Shown: positions 38,789-51,902 of the stretch, piece by piece
Position numbering within the stretch: position 1 is the stretch's first letter
How the letters are laid out: each line of letters opens with the position of its first letter
DNA from: Eledone cirrhosa
Taxonomy: Eukaryota
Direction of reading: 5' to 3'
Assembly (NCBI GenBank): GCA_964016885.1
Contig: OZ024741.1
Location: 301,010,001 to 301,074,000, forward strand
Length of the DNA stretch: 64,000 bases
The notes under the pieces: model-generated
The model's database searches: none
What the model saw: the letters and a program-made list of their open reading frames with translations, nothing else
What the model was told of the DNA's origin: nothing
Made by a program: the position numbers and the translations under genes

Positions 38789-38851
<63 letters not shown>

Positions 38852-38948
38852 TATATATAAATGTAATCTGAGTTTTTCGACCTTCTAACTGTCAGAGCTA
38901 ATGTATGCTATTTTCTAAATACATCTGACAGTTGGCAGATGGACAGTG

Positions 38949-38994
38949 AACTGTACTGATGAAGAGTGATACCCAGAAACTAGTGTCTGCAGTT
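38949..38994 (+). ncRNA. Hammerhead ribozyme, solo
   Basis: AACTGTA-CTGATGA-AGAGTGATACCCA-GAAAC-TAGT-GTC|TGCAGTT. 7-bp stem I. Stem II partly decayed. Confidence 0.75.
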
Positions 38995-39164
38995 ATGTTT
39001 ACATCCCAACACAAGAGCAAGAATGAAGGGTTCATTCTACTGACATGGCTTTAAAAATGAGGCTTGTTTGCATAATTGCAAACGAATCGAATGTTATTCT
39101 TAATATTCGAAAATCTCAGATTACATTTAATGTATTCAGCCATATAGAGCGAATTTTTTTTATT

Positions 39165-39239
<75 letters not shown>

Positions 39240-39278
39240 ATATTAATAAATGGAAACTATATTTATAAAACCATAATT

Positions 39279-39341
39279 ATTTTATTATATATATTTCAAG
39301 GGCAACCAAGGCAAATTATGGTGCGTTTCATCAGATAAAAT
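39279..39341 (-). ncRNA. Hammerhead ribozyme, same family as 19988
   Basis: rc: ATTTTAT-CTGATGA-AACGCACC..GGTTGCCCTT-GAAA-TATATAT-A|ATAAAAT. Flanks 39237-39376 match 19745-19888. Confidence 0.75.
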
Positions 39342-39689
39342 ACAGATTTGTTTTATAAATAAATATTGACATACCCGGAGAAAAGACAGCCTTAACGGTT
39401 GAAGTTCGCTGGATAGCCACTGGACAAGGGAGAGGTTAGCAAAAGATATAAATGGACTGACTTAGTGACCCGGTCAAACGTCAACGACTATGGCACTGCT
39501 GGCTCCCCCCTTTCACACCAACAATAGAAAAAGCCCCAGCACCACCACCGACATAGCCAACAACAATAACAGGCAACTTCAACAAAAAGTATATTATATT
39601 ATTAATAATAATTTCATTCTTAAGCCAAGCAATGCTCATTAAGGAACCACTCATGATAATAACAATTTAAAAAACAACAAAAAAGAAAA

Positions 39690-42600
39690 CCCCGTGACAA
39701 AGAAATAGCAGGATGGCGGCCGGCGGGAAATAGCCCTGTCTCTAGGGGAGGACGACCCCTCTAGTCTTGGTTGACACTCGTCCTAGAAGTGGTAACACGA
39801 AATGATTACCCCTTGGCGGTTAAGGATAAAACGCGACAAAATAAAGTAAATGTCAAATGATAAAATCTCATACCGGATCGGCAGTCACCCGGGTCAAAAA
39901 GGGCCGCGTCCCTCAGAGAGGAACCAGACTGGGGTCGAAAAATTAGCTAATGGTTCAAACCTTCCCATCACTTCGGAGCTGGAGACCTCCCATAACCGGA
40001 ATACTCCTACTGTTGGCCCTCCATGCTCACCACCAAGAAATCCAAAGAAAAAGAGAGGAAAATGGTCAAGGGAAGACAATAAAGAAGTCCTTGAGGCTTT
40101 CTACATTGCCATGTACTACCCATCAAATAGATCGAATACAAAACAGACATATATCAACTGGAAAAAGAAACATACTCGAAAACAGAGGCTATATTGACAG
40201 TAACAAACTAGCCAATATACGAAGAAATATTATTAAAAAAAAGTTACCAACTGATATAGAAATTGATCAGATCAAGCTATTAGCACAAAGTCAGCGAAGG
40301 GAAAATGAAACATGTGTCAGTTAAAACGAGGTAAATTGTAACACTTCCAAATTAAAGAAAGGATCGAAAAAGTGGAGGGTGTGCATGCTCAAGATGAAAC
40401 TCAATATGAAAACAATGATATCATAAATGATAAAGATGAGAATGAACTTGCCAACTTGAAGGATGAAATTATGATCGAATGGATGAAAATGAAAGAATCT
40501 GACATGGAGGAACGAGACACTATCCCTAAGATCCAGAACTCCAAACAGAGACAAAAGATAATACACAAGACTAATATAATTCTCAAAAACATTATCATCA
40601 CAAACAAACTAAACATTACTGATTTAAATCATCTCTATTATGAATCGGCTAAAGTGATCACTCACTTATGCGCAGTGAAAATGAAAAAAACAAAGGAATT
40701 CCCACAAGAAATCTACTTGGCAAGAGAACATCAATCGCCAAATAAACCTTCTCCGATCTGACATAGAAATTTTAACAAACTACAAAGTAGGTGAACATGT
40801 TAAACAAACTAAACTTAGAAAATTGAAAAGAAAATACAGTATAAAATCAACAAGTGACATAGACATGCTGATAGAAATAATCAAGCAAAAATGTCGGCCA
40901 AAGTTGCTCGTTTAAGGCGCTTTGAAAAACGATCTAGATTCTATAAGAACAATAATATGTTCAAAAACAACCAAAGAAACTTCTACAGAAAAATTGGCAA
41001 GTCAACAATAACTGCTAAATCAATACTACCAAAGGAGGAGGTGCAAGAATTCTGGGAAAAGATCTGGGCCGAAGAAAAAGTTCATAATATACATGCCCCA
41101 TGGATAGACAGACAAATGAAAATGAAAGATTCAGCTCAACTTGAGGAACAAATATGGGAAAATATAACATTTGAACAGTTGCGTTTGGCTCTTAGAAAAA
41201 CCAACAAATGGAAATCCCCAGGAATGACAAAATACCAATTTTTTTTATAAATGCCTTCACAGAGTCTCATGAGCTGTTAGCCCAACTTTACAATGAAATA
41301 GTTAAGGAGCCAGAAAAGATACCATCATGGCTAGATAACGGCATTGCATTCCTGCTTCAGAAGAATAATGAGCCAAACAATCCCAAAAATTACAGACCGA
41401 TAACTTGCTTGCCGCAATGTATAAAATTTTAACATCAGTCCTAACTGAATATACATATGACCACCTGATAACAAATGATCTATTTCCCAATGAGCAGAAA
41501 GGGTGTAAACGAGGCTCATATGGCTGTAAGGATCAGCTTTTGGTTAACAAAATGATACTGGAAGATTGTCGTAATAGCCACAAAAATCTATCAATTGCTT
41601 GGATAGATTATAAAAAAGCATTCGATAGTTTGCCACACAGTTGGATTGAAAAATGTTTAGGGATTTTCGAAATATCCCCCGTTGTCAGGAGGATCTTGTC
41701 ATTCAGTATGAAGACATGGAAAACGACACTCCTTTTGAATAGGGAAAGAAAATCACTGGAAGCTGGAGAAGTTAATATTGATTGTGGAATTTTTCAGGGT
41801 GACTCTTTATCAACGCTTTTATTCTGCATCGCATTTACACCATTAAGTAAAATGCTAAATGAAACAAAACATGGATATAAATTCTATGACAAAACCATTA
41901 ATCACTTGTTCTACATGGATGACCTGTAACTATTTGCAAAAAATACTTGTTTCTACTTTAGGCAAAAGGCCAGCAATTACCCAGTGCATTACTGGTACTT
42001 TATTTTATCGAACCCGTAAGGATGAAAGGCAAAGTCAACATCGGCGGGATTTGAACTCAGATCGTAAAGGGACGTAACTATGCTGGAAAGCATGGCGTCT
42101 GACCCTCTACCGATACTTCCAATCCACGCACAATTGCAAGGGCTATCATCCACTGTGGATCAGTTCTGTGATGACATTAAAATGGAGTTTGGACTAGTTA
42201 AATGCGCCAAAGCAACGTTCACCAGAGGAAGCTGCTGAAAAGTTCAGACATTAATCTTGATCGGGGGAATGTGATAAGAGATCTTGATCAAGAGGAAACT
42301 TACAAATATCTAGGTGTTTGTGAAGGAGACGGAATCAAGCACTCGACAATGAGGGAAAGGATAAGGAAGGAATGTTACCGCAGAGTAAGAGCAATCTTAA
42401 GTACAGAATTGAATGCAAAGAAGAGGATCGATGTCATAAACGCGCTTGCCATACCAGTAGTAACCTACAGTTACAATGTCATCAACTGGTCAAGCACAGA
42501 GATCCGTAGGCTCGATACAAAAATTCGAAAACTCTTAACCATGCACAGAATGCATCACCCTAAGGCAGATATAGATAGAATATATCTCCCTAGGAAAGAA

Positions 42601-43744
42601 GGAGGACGTGGGTTAATCCAGTTAGACATTGCGTTGAAAACTTCAGCAATTGGATTTTCTACATATCTAAGGGAATCACATGATTGGATGATCAAACTCG
42701 TTTTGAAACACGAAAGCATCAAAAGATCATACTCCATTACAAAAGATGCACAAAGATACAGTAATGGACTACAAATTTCAGAGGTCCCTTTTACTGATGA
42801 AATGGAAAACACAGAAAAAGCGAAGCAGGTAAATGGCAAGAAAAGCCTCTGTATGGAAAATACCCAGAATGAGCTAACAATCCTGATGTTGACAAAATTT
42901 TAACCCATCAGTGGTTGGCATCATCTGAACTGAAATCGGAGACTGAAGGACTGATTATATCAGCACAAGATCAGTGTCTGACAACAAAAAATGACCAAGC
43001 CAACATAATAAAATATGCCGTGTATGTAAAAAAAAACAGAGACCATTGATCATATAATTTCAATGGGCAGTCCTATAGCTCCAACCGAATACCTAAACAG
43101 GCATGACAGAGCTAGACAATACAAACATTGGATAATGTGTAAGAATTTTGAACTGCCACATCAAAAGAATTGGTGGGAGCATCAACCACCTCCCATACTT
43201 GAAAAAGATCACATCTCAATCTTGTGCAACTTTAGCATCCAAACAGACCGAAAAATAGATGCAAATAGACCTGATATAATATTGAAGGACTTTAAAAAGA
43301 GGGTATGCCTGCTAATTGATATGTCCGTTCCAATAGACAAGAATGTATCTATAAAAACATTTGAAACATTGAGCAAGTATAAGTACCTGGAGATAGAAAT
43401 TGGAAAAATGTGGAAATTGAGAACTAAAACAATACCAGTGGTTGTAGGCGGTCTAGGAATTATACCTATCTAATGATTACATATGATTACTTACTAATGA
43501 TTAGTTAACGCAAATCCCAGGACACCCCCGTATAGGAGAAGTGCAAAATATAGTACTAATGGGAACTGCCCATATACTAAGGAAGATTCTGTCAATATAA
43601 GTACAACACAAGTCTAAACACCTAAAGATGAATGTGTGTGTATGTATGTTCTTTCTTGAACATGGCGGACCTTCTTGTCTATTGAGGTCACTGGTTGTGA
43701 CTTGGTGATAACTCGTATGAACATAAAGCAAGATAAATGCAACT

Positions 43745-43790
<46 letters not shown>
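39690..43790 (+). mobile_element. Dong/R4-like non-LTR retrotransposon (RT + RLE), degenerate, (TAA)n tail
   Basis: KRGKWSREDN, WKSPG, NYRPITCL, EQKGC, WIDYKKAFDS, GIFQGDSLS, HLFYMDDL, YKYLG, RKEGGRGL, RHD, NRPDII..LLIDMSVP..KY..L. (TAA)n at 43747-43790. 5' boundary uncertain. Confidence 0.88.
41945..42128 (-). mobile_element. SINE inserted into the Dong/R4 RT just after YMDDL
   Basis: Full rc SINE match. RT homology resumes at ~42130 (QLQGL..DDIKMEFGLVKCA). Confidence 0.88.
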
Positions 43791-43791
<1 letters not shown>

Positions 43792-43968
43792 TGTTTCTAC
43801 TTTTGGCACAAGGCCAGCAATTACACCAGTGCATTACTGGTACTTTACTTTATCGACCCCGTAAGGGTGAAGGGCAAAGTTAATCCCGCCTTTCATCCTT
43901 AGGGGGTCGATAAAATAAAGTACCAGTAATGCACTGGGTTATTGCTGGCTTTGTGCCAAAAGTAGAAA
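43790..43968. mobile_element. Two SINE 3' halves in inverted, tails-out arrangement
   Basis: 43790-43883 minus copy joined to 43887-43968 plus copy. (AAT)n on the left, (ATT)n on the right. Confidence 0.85.
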
Positions 43969-46172
43969 TAATAATTATTATTATTATTATTATTATTGGC
44001 GAACTACGTAGTAAATTGTATCATCTTGAGCTCCGCAAATGTTTGTTATTTTCAGTTATTTAAAATTGCAATTTATGGAAAATTTTTATTGTTAACTGTA
44101 TATAAGTGAACATACATTGATTTCTGAAAAGGACACTCAAAAATATTGGGGCCTTGGGCCCAAAATTTAAACTTTTTATAATTATCAAACAAAAAATGTA
44201 TTCTTTGAAAAATAATGGATGACTCAGATTCACTCATTCCTCACAATCCAACACCTCACACCGACACCACCATTGTAAATATTGCTACGTTTGCCAACAC
44301 TGGAATTGTAAGCAGTAGCAATATTTTAAATTTGTCTCAGGCAGACGTTCATTTCCCGCCATTACCAATGACTGCAGGTGTTAAAGCCGCCACCACCACC
44401 ACCACCACCACAGCGACAACAGAAACAATGAAAAAAATAAATTAACTCATGATATCGAAATGAATTCAACCAAAATGAACTCTTCCACACCGAACACCAC
44501 TGACGCCACCACCACCACAATTGAAACTAAAATTAACAATAGCAAAAATAACGATAATAACAACAGCAACAATGAAATTAAGAAAACTACCCTGAGTTTT
44601 GCCAGAGTAGCAAAAACGTGCGAAGCGATCCAGGTAACTCGGGAAGAATTAGACGAAGCCAAAGGAATAGTAAAGAAAGATGGGTACAGGGTCAGCCCCC
44701 CCCCCACCTAATAAAATGGAGCAACGTCGCCTATGCACCGTGTCTTATCGGACAATAAACATAAAATCGCGCCGAGTGGAACGGGCATCTGAGTCCCAAA
44801 TCCAAAAACCTTTTGGACATGTGTGGGCAAAAAACCCCACATCAGACGTGGGCAGAAGTATGGAACCGTGGACGTGTTCTTTGAAACCCACAGGAGGCCA
44901 GAGAACAATCCATGGCCCCATTAAGAAGTGACGATTTCACACTCATCCCAAGCTATTGTGGCCAGAGACTTGTGAAGATCAGGGTGACCCACGTTCCACC
45001 GGCCATCGAAATTACCTGGCTAATGGCTGCCGTCCTCGCCGGCATCGAGGCCAACACCAAAATAATAGAAATATCAAAAGAAAAGCAGGAGAACTGGTCC
45101 GGATATGGGATGGAGCTCCTGATCCAAGCGGACCATAAAAGCATTGAGGAGATTCCAGAGGTAATAGACCTCACTGACGGCAGCCACCTCACCGTAATCG
45201 TCGAGGGCAGAGACCTAGGTGTGTCGTTTGTGGTGAAGGAACCCGCCTAAGGGCTTTCTTCCCTCACGCTAAAAGGTTGAAGCCACCTCTCTTACCCACC
45301 CCAGTGACTCAACCATCAACACCACCAGCAGCAGAAATAGCAGCAACAACTGTAGCAGCAACAACAGAAGCAACTGTAACAGCAACAACCCCAGCAACAG
45401 TAGCAAAACCAACACCACCACCACCCAACGCCCCAGAACTAGCACCAGCGCCTACACCATCCACCACGCCACAACCAAAACCAACGCCCGTGGAGGATTT
45501 TCCACTCCCCGGCTTATCGCAACTGGAGACAGATTGTGACGACGAGGAGTGGGAAACGGTATCAGGAAAAAAGAAAAAAACAAGAAACCAAAAAAGAAAA
45601 AATTCTCTTCCTTCCCCCTCAAAAAACAAAATACAGAGGGAAACAAATAAATTATCGAACAAGAAAGTTAAGACAGATATGCCACCATCCACACCAGCAT
45701 CACCAACCCCATCACCACAAACACCAACACCATCACCATCATTAACCCCAACACCACCATCACCAACACCACAAAAGTCACCAAAAAGCTTAATAGAAAC
45801 AAACCCACAACAAACGCAAACAAAACAAAACAACCAAAACTATACACACTACACAGCATTAAATTTGAACAACAACCAATTATTACACTACATGCAACAC
45901 AACACCAGCATCACAGAAAAAGACTACACAACAACCCAAAAGTTCACACCACCTCCACACATACAAATCACTCGCATCACACAGAAAACGTACACGACAC
46001 TAAAACAAAAATTCCCCAAAGACATCGGAGACTTCCGGCAAACAATCTCCAGGATGATTTATAAGGTCATCCTTCCGGAGGAGGCCACAAGCAGTTAAAA
46101 GGATGGACAAACCATCCTTCCTACGAGAAGTAAGGTAAGTGGTCTTTCCCATCTTTTCCACTCCATTTCAAC

Positions 46173-47297
46173 ATGACCTCACTCAGAATAGGCAGCATAA
46201 ATGCGCGTGGCTTCGGGTCGTCATGGAAGCAGGGCCACCTGCTCAACGACCTCAGGTCACTAAACATAGATGTAGTGGCCATCAGCGAGACCAGAATCTC
46301 CGAAGCACGGGCCTTCGCACCGATTTTCGGCGGCGACGATGTGTACGCATCTCCCAGCCGTCCGGGATACGGGGGAGGAGTTGTTGTGCTTTTTCGGAGA
46401 GGTTTGGATCTCGCCATACAGGCCATCTTCCTGGACCCAGAAGGTAAGTTGGTGGTGATAGACGTGACCAGCGGAGACGGGCAAGCTTTCAGGCTAGTGG
46501 CCGTCTATGCCCCGACAGGAGCAGGGCGGCCTGATTTCTTCCGGCGTCTGGAGACCTTTCTTAGAACGTCCCGCTCTTTAGTGTTAGTGGGCGACTGGAA
46601 CGCGATCTTAGATGCACGCTGGGATTGTGTGGGATTAGCGGATAGGGGAGGAGGGTGCAAGAGCCTCACCAACCTGCTCAGGCGTTTTGAACTGTCTGAC
46701 AGGTACCGATTGGATTTCCCGAATGTGCCAATGTGGACTTGGACAAATCGCATAGGGTCAACCAGATCATATCTAGATAGAGTATTTTGTAGAGAAATAG
46801 ATAGGTCTAGCATAGGCTGTCCACAATTCAAGATAGTCAGCTACACGGACCACAAATTCGTGATCTGTGTGGTTGACTTAGATAGGCTTCATAGACGAGG
46901 ATCCGGCTACTGGAAGCTAAACGCGTCCTTACAAGCGCGCAAGGCCTACAGAGACCGGATTAGCGAACTAGTTAAGCGGGCGTTGAAGGGGGCCATCGTC
47001 AACAACAAGTGGTGGTTTGCTCTGAAAAGACCAATTAGAATAGAGTCCATTAGGTTTAGTAAGGCTTTAGCAATAGAGAAAAATAGAGCAGAGGGAGAAT
47101 TAGTTAGAATATTAGACGAGGGGCTTAGCAAAGCCATCGCGACCGACGTACTTGCGGCGAAATTGGCCCTTGACCAATTCTTCAATGCAAAGCACGAAGG
47201 CTGCGTTGTCAGAGCTAGGGTGCGTGCTCGCAGACACGAGGGAACGAAAGCCGTTCAATGGGCCCGAGTGGCGGAGGCGGTTTTTGGTTTTTGGTGA
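46173..47297 (+). pseudogene. Tx1/L1 ORF2 AP-endonuclease domain
   Basis: SINARG, ISETR, VYAP, VGDWNA, TWTN..SYLDRVF, TDHK, GYWKLNAS. Confidence 0.92.
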
Positions 47298-47401
47298 ACC
47301 ACGACGGTTTTTGGTGAACCACGACGGGCGCATGCTACTCGATCCCGGGAAAATGCGTGTAGCTTTTCAGCGACACTTCGCACAGCGGCCCGGATCGAGG
47401 G

Positions 47402-49579
47402 ATGGACTTTAGTGTCTACCTCGACGGACTGCCGCGGCTCTCGGCCACTGAGGCGGAATGTTGCGAAAAGCCGATAACAGCCGCTGAAGTACGGCAGGCA
47501 ATGACTGGCTGCACAAGGGGTAAATCGCCTGGTTTGGATGGTCTGGCCTATGAACTTTACGTACAGATGCCACACTTGTTCGGAAGCCACTTGGCGGACG
47601 TCTACTGCAACTGGCAACAGAACGGGAGAATTCCCAGCGCTGTGAGCCGAGGAATTGTGGCGCTGCTGAGAAAGGATCCGAACAAGGGGGGTAACATAGA
47701 TAATTTTAGGCCCATAACTCTGCTACACACGTTCAAGATTTTGGCCAATGATTTTGGCCAACAGAGTTCAAGATTTTGGCCAATGTGCTAGCAAAGAGGT
47801 TGGCGCTTGTCGTTTGTGGTCTGGTGGGAGAGGCGCAGACATGCGCCATTCCCTACAGATCCATCCACGACAAGCTCCACCTCATGCGATACATCGTAGA
47901 GAAGGTAGCTAGCGAACCTGTCACGGGTGGGTCCTTGATCAATTTAGATCAGTCGAAAGCTTTCGATAGGGTCGACCATCGTTACCTAGCGGCAGTCCTG
48001 AGGGCGGCTGGCTTTGGGCCCGTCTTCAGAGGCTGGATCGCTGCCAGGCACAGCGAGATGTGCTCTGTGGTGAGAGTGAACGGTCACCTTTCGGAACCGT
48101 TCAACATCATGCGCTCAGTCCGCCAAGGATGTCCACTCTCGTCCCTATTGTACGTATTGACTCTCGAGCCATTACTGCACAAACTGGAGACGTTGAGGGG
48201 GTCCCGCGCGAACTAGCATGCGGAAGATCCGCGTCAGCATATGCGCCAAACACATCGAGGCGATCGACACTACACTAAGAGAATACGAAGCGGTGACAGG
48301 AGCAATGATCAACCAGGAAAAGTCAGTGGGCCTGAAGCTCGGCACCTGGAGAGGCAGGTCCATGCCGTCCAACAGCGTCGTCAGGCGCTGGACGGACGGA
48401 CCGGTTAAATTGCTAGGGGTCTGTTTCGGTCCGGACATCCAGACGGACAAAAACTGGGCTGAGGTGACGAGCAGGGTGGCTTCTCTCACCCAGAAATGGG
48501 CGGAGAGGAGGCTATCCCTGAAAGGTCGAGTGGAGTTGGCTGACGCGTACATCGCGTCCGTCATCTACTACCGCCTGACCGTCGTACCTTGTCCTAGGCC
48601 CCGCCTTACTGAGCTGGAGCGTTTGCTCTTTCGCTTTTTGTGGAAGTGACGCGCTCCGATGGTCAGGCGGTCCATCTGCTGTCAACACCCGCTACGTGGA
48701 GGACTGGGCATGCCGTGGCTGATGATGCGCAGACACGCGCTCAGGCTACGACATCTCCACCTCTTCCTCGACGGTGCTCAGTTGTGGTCGCCGTTTGCTA
48801 GACGCCTCTTTCCCCAGCTCGTCTCCTTGACGGAGCTGCAGTCCTGGGTCAAGCGAAGACCGAGAGGGAGCGCTTGAAGACTGGAATGTCTTCAGGCGCT
48901 CACAGACCTCGACCAATCGGGCAATGTGATCGGTGGAAACTCCACCTTGGCGTTCTATAGAGGATTAGTGGAGAGGAAGAGCGACGACGTACTTGGGGAA
49001 ACCCTAGGTGTCGACGAAAATCAACTAGCCAATGTCATCGTGAGAACTTTCTGGCCGTGGTCTATGGTCAACTTCCAGAAATCCCTGGCCTGGCAATGCT
49101 ACCGAGGAGATTTGCCAGTTCGGGATAAACTCTACAGGCATAGAGGTGCCGTCAGCCGGGCATGTCCGAGATGCTCGCAGGGCGACGAAACCGTCCTGCA
49201 CGCATTCGTCCAGTGTCCGAGCATTGCTGACTTGTGGGTTTATGTCGAACACCTGCTGTCGCGTGTAGGACGGATCCAGCTATCAGCTGAGTCCATCGTG
49301 AGGATTGCCCTGCCTTCTTCCTTTAGCCGGGAAGAGTAGGTAATATGTATCTGTCTGGTGGCCATGGCGAAAGAGTTAGTATGGTGGACATGTTTGAAAG
49401 GGCTGAAGACGAGCACTTACCTCTTCGGTGATGCCCTGATTAACCTTTTCAAATTTCATTTGAAAAGGAAAATCAGGGTAAAGAGGGAAGTGCTCTCTTC
49501 CCAGCATTTTGTTGAAAGATGGGTGAGAAAGGCAAGAATGGCCCGAGTGAATGGGCCTACTCTGAGTATGTGTCTGTAA
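47402..49579 (+). pseudogene. Tx1/L1 ORF2 RT and C-terminal Zn motif, fragmented
   Basis: KSPGLDGL, NFRPITLL, LDQSKAFDRVDH, SVRQGCPLS, GGLGMP, CPRC...ETVLHAFVQC. Confidence 0.9.
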
Positions 49580-49879
49580 ATTAAAGGTGGAAAACTGAGA
49601 GTGGGCACTTGCCCTGGTGGTCAGGGTCACTGTGGCTTTTTAATGGGCTTTCTCCACGAATGTCCCTCGGAAGTCTCCCCCTTATTGGGGAATTTTTTCA
49701 TTGTTCTATTATTACATCCTTTTTTTTGTTGTTTTTTTACAGGCAGAAATGCCCTTTTGTACCGTCCAGTATTGTCATGTACTGTCCTTAATGTCTACTT
49801 TGTGTAAACCCTTGAGGTTAATAAAGAAAGCATTATTATTATTATTATTATTACTATTATTATTATTATTATCTAATGA

Positions 49880-50025
49880 TTTCCAGCATAGTTACGTCCC
49901 TTTACGATCTGAGTTCAAATCCCGCCAAGGTTGACTTTACCTTTCATCCTTACGGGGTCGATAAAATAAAGTACCAGTAATGCACTGAATAATTGCTGGC
50001 ATTGTGCCTAAAGTAGAAACAATTA
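49880..50025 (+). mobile_element. SINE, 5'-truncated
   Basis: B-box plus conserved body, directly after the LINE (ATT)n tail. Confidence 0.85.
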
Positions 50026-50296
50026 TTATTATATGTAATAATATTGTTATCATTATCCTTATTTTATACAGCAATATGTTAGAAGTATTGAGATAGGAAA
50101 TATATCAATATTATGCATTCCTCTGGTGCACATATTTTCTGCACTGAATTTCACTTTTGATCTGAAATATAAAATAAACCTCCGGAGATATACACAGCAT
50201 TGGAAGCCTATTATGCATTAGGTTACAGGGATTTGAACGTTGATTAACTTTAGATGGAATTAATACTTATATATTTGATACATACATATATACATA

Positions 50297-50476
<180 letters not shown>

Positions 50477-50693
50477 TATATTTATATATATATATATGTA
50501 TATATATATGTATATATTGCACTAAAAATAGGAAGCGCATATTTGCATGTATCTCTGTAAGTGTATATTGTATATATGTATATACGCTTTAACTTTTAAA
50601 CAAACACAGATGGTGTGACACATACATGCATACATGCAAACCCACACACACACATACATATATATTTATATATATTTATACATACATATATAC

Positions 50694-50727
<34 letters not shown>

Positions 50728-51006
50728 ATTTCATTAAAAATAGGAAACATATTATATATGCTTATACATTTATACACAAACCTGGTGAGAGAAACACGCA
50801 CACACATACACACACACACACATACACACACACACACATACATATATATGTGTGTGTATATGATTGTGTGTGTGTGCGTATGTGTGTATGTCTGGTTCTC
50901 CCTATGTGTGTGTATATATACATGCATATATACCAATAAATATATAAATATATAAATATATGCTTATATATGCAATATATATATAGTCTTCAAATTCATT
51001 ATTATT

Positions 51007-51067
<61 letters not shown>

Positions 51068-51472
51068 TTCCATCATATATATATATAAATGCTTCCATCT
51101 AAATTCACTTTAGAGATTTGGAAAATCTGCTTTGTGGTTTATCTAAGACAATATGTTACTCCCTTTTAACATTTACAATATGAAAATGAAATGAAATGAA
51201 ATAAAAGCAGCTTAATAACGTACCAGTTTTTCACCAAATATATTATCTGCAGGATATCATGAAGCTTCCGTTCTAGATACTCCTCGGACTGACACATACA
51301 CGCACGGATACATAGTGGTGTATATGTAAGTAATCGTTAATATAGACACTCACATGAAATATATAAACATGATGTATTTAGTAGATGCACTCGTATGTAT
51401 ACAATCTACAATTTTCATTACATGCATTTTAATATATTTTATTAAAACTATTTAAAATGTGGTTATGTAGTT

Positions 51473-51539
<67 letters not shown>

Positions 51540-51554
51540 GTGTGTGTGTGTGCT

Positions 51555-51605
<51 letters not shown>

Positions 51606-51731
51606 ATATACGTATATATCTATACATATATGTGTATGAATATATATATATATAAAATCATATACATATATGTCTATACCTATATATATATATGTATATA
51701 TATATACAAACATGCATACATATATATATAT

Positions 51732-51827
<96 letters not shown>

Positions 51828-51855
51828 GTGTATATATGTAATATATATATATGTA

Positions 51856-51896
<41 letters not shown>

Positions 51897-51902
<6 letters not shown>

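Larger units (their letters stand above)
43998..49870 (+). mobile_element. Near full-length Tx1/L1-like LINE (ORF1 + APE-RT ORF2), frameshifted
   Basis: ORF1 pieces 44215-46098, with a degenerate Zn-knuckle at ~45205-45265 and a P/T-rich region. ORF2 pieces 46173-49579. AATAAA and (ATT)n tail. (ATT)n also at the 5' flank. Confidence 0.88.

Noticed and set aside
45277-46098. Mucin-like host protein
   Set aside because: Sits in ORF1 position directly upstream of the Tx1/L1 endonuclease, so it is the low-complexity part of ORF1.
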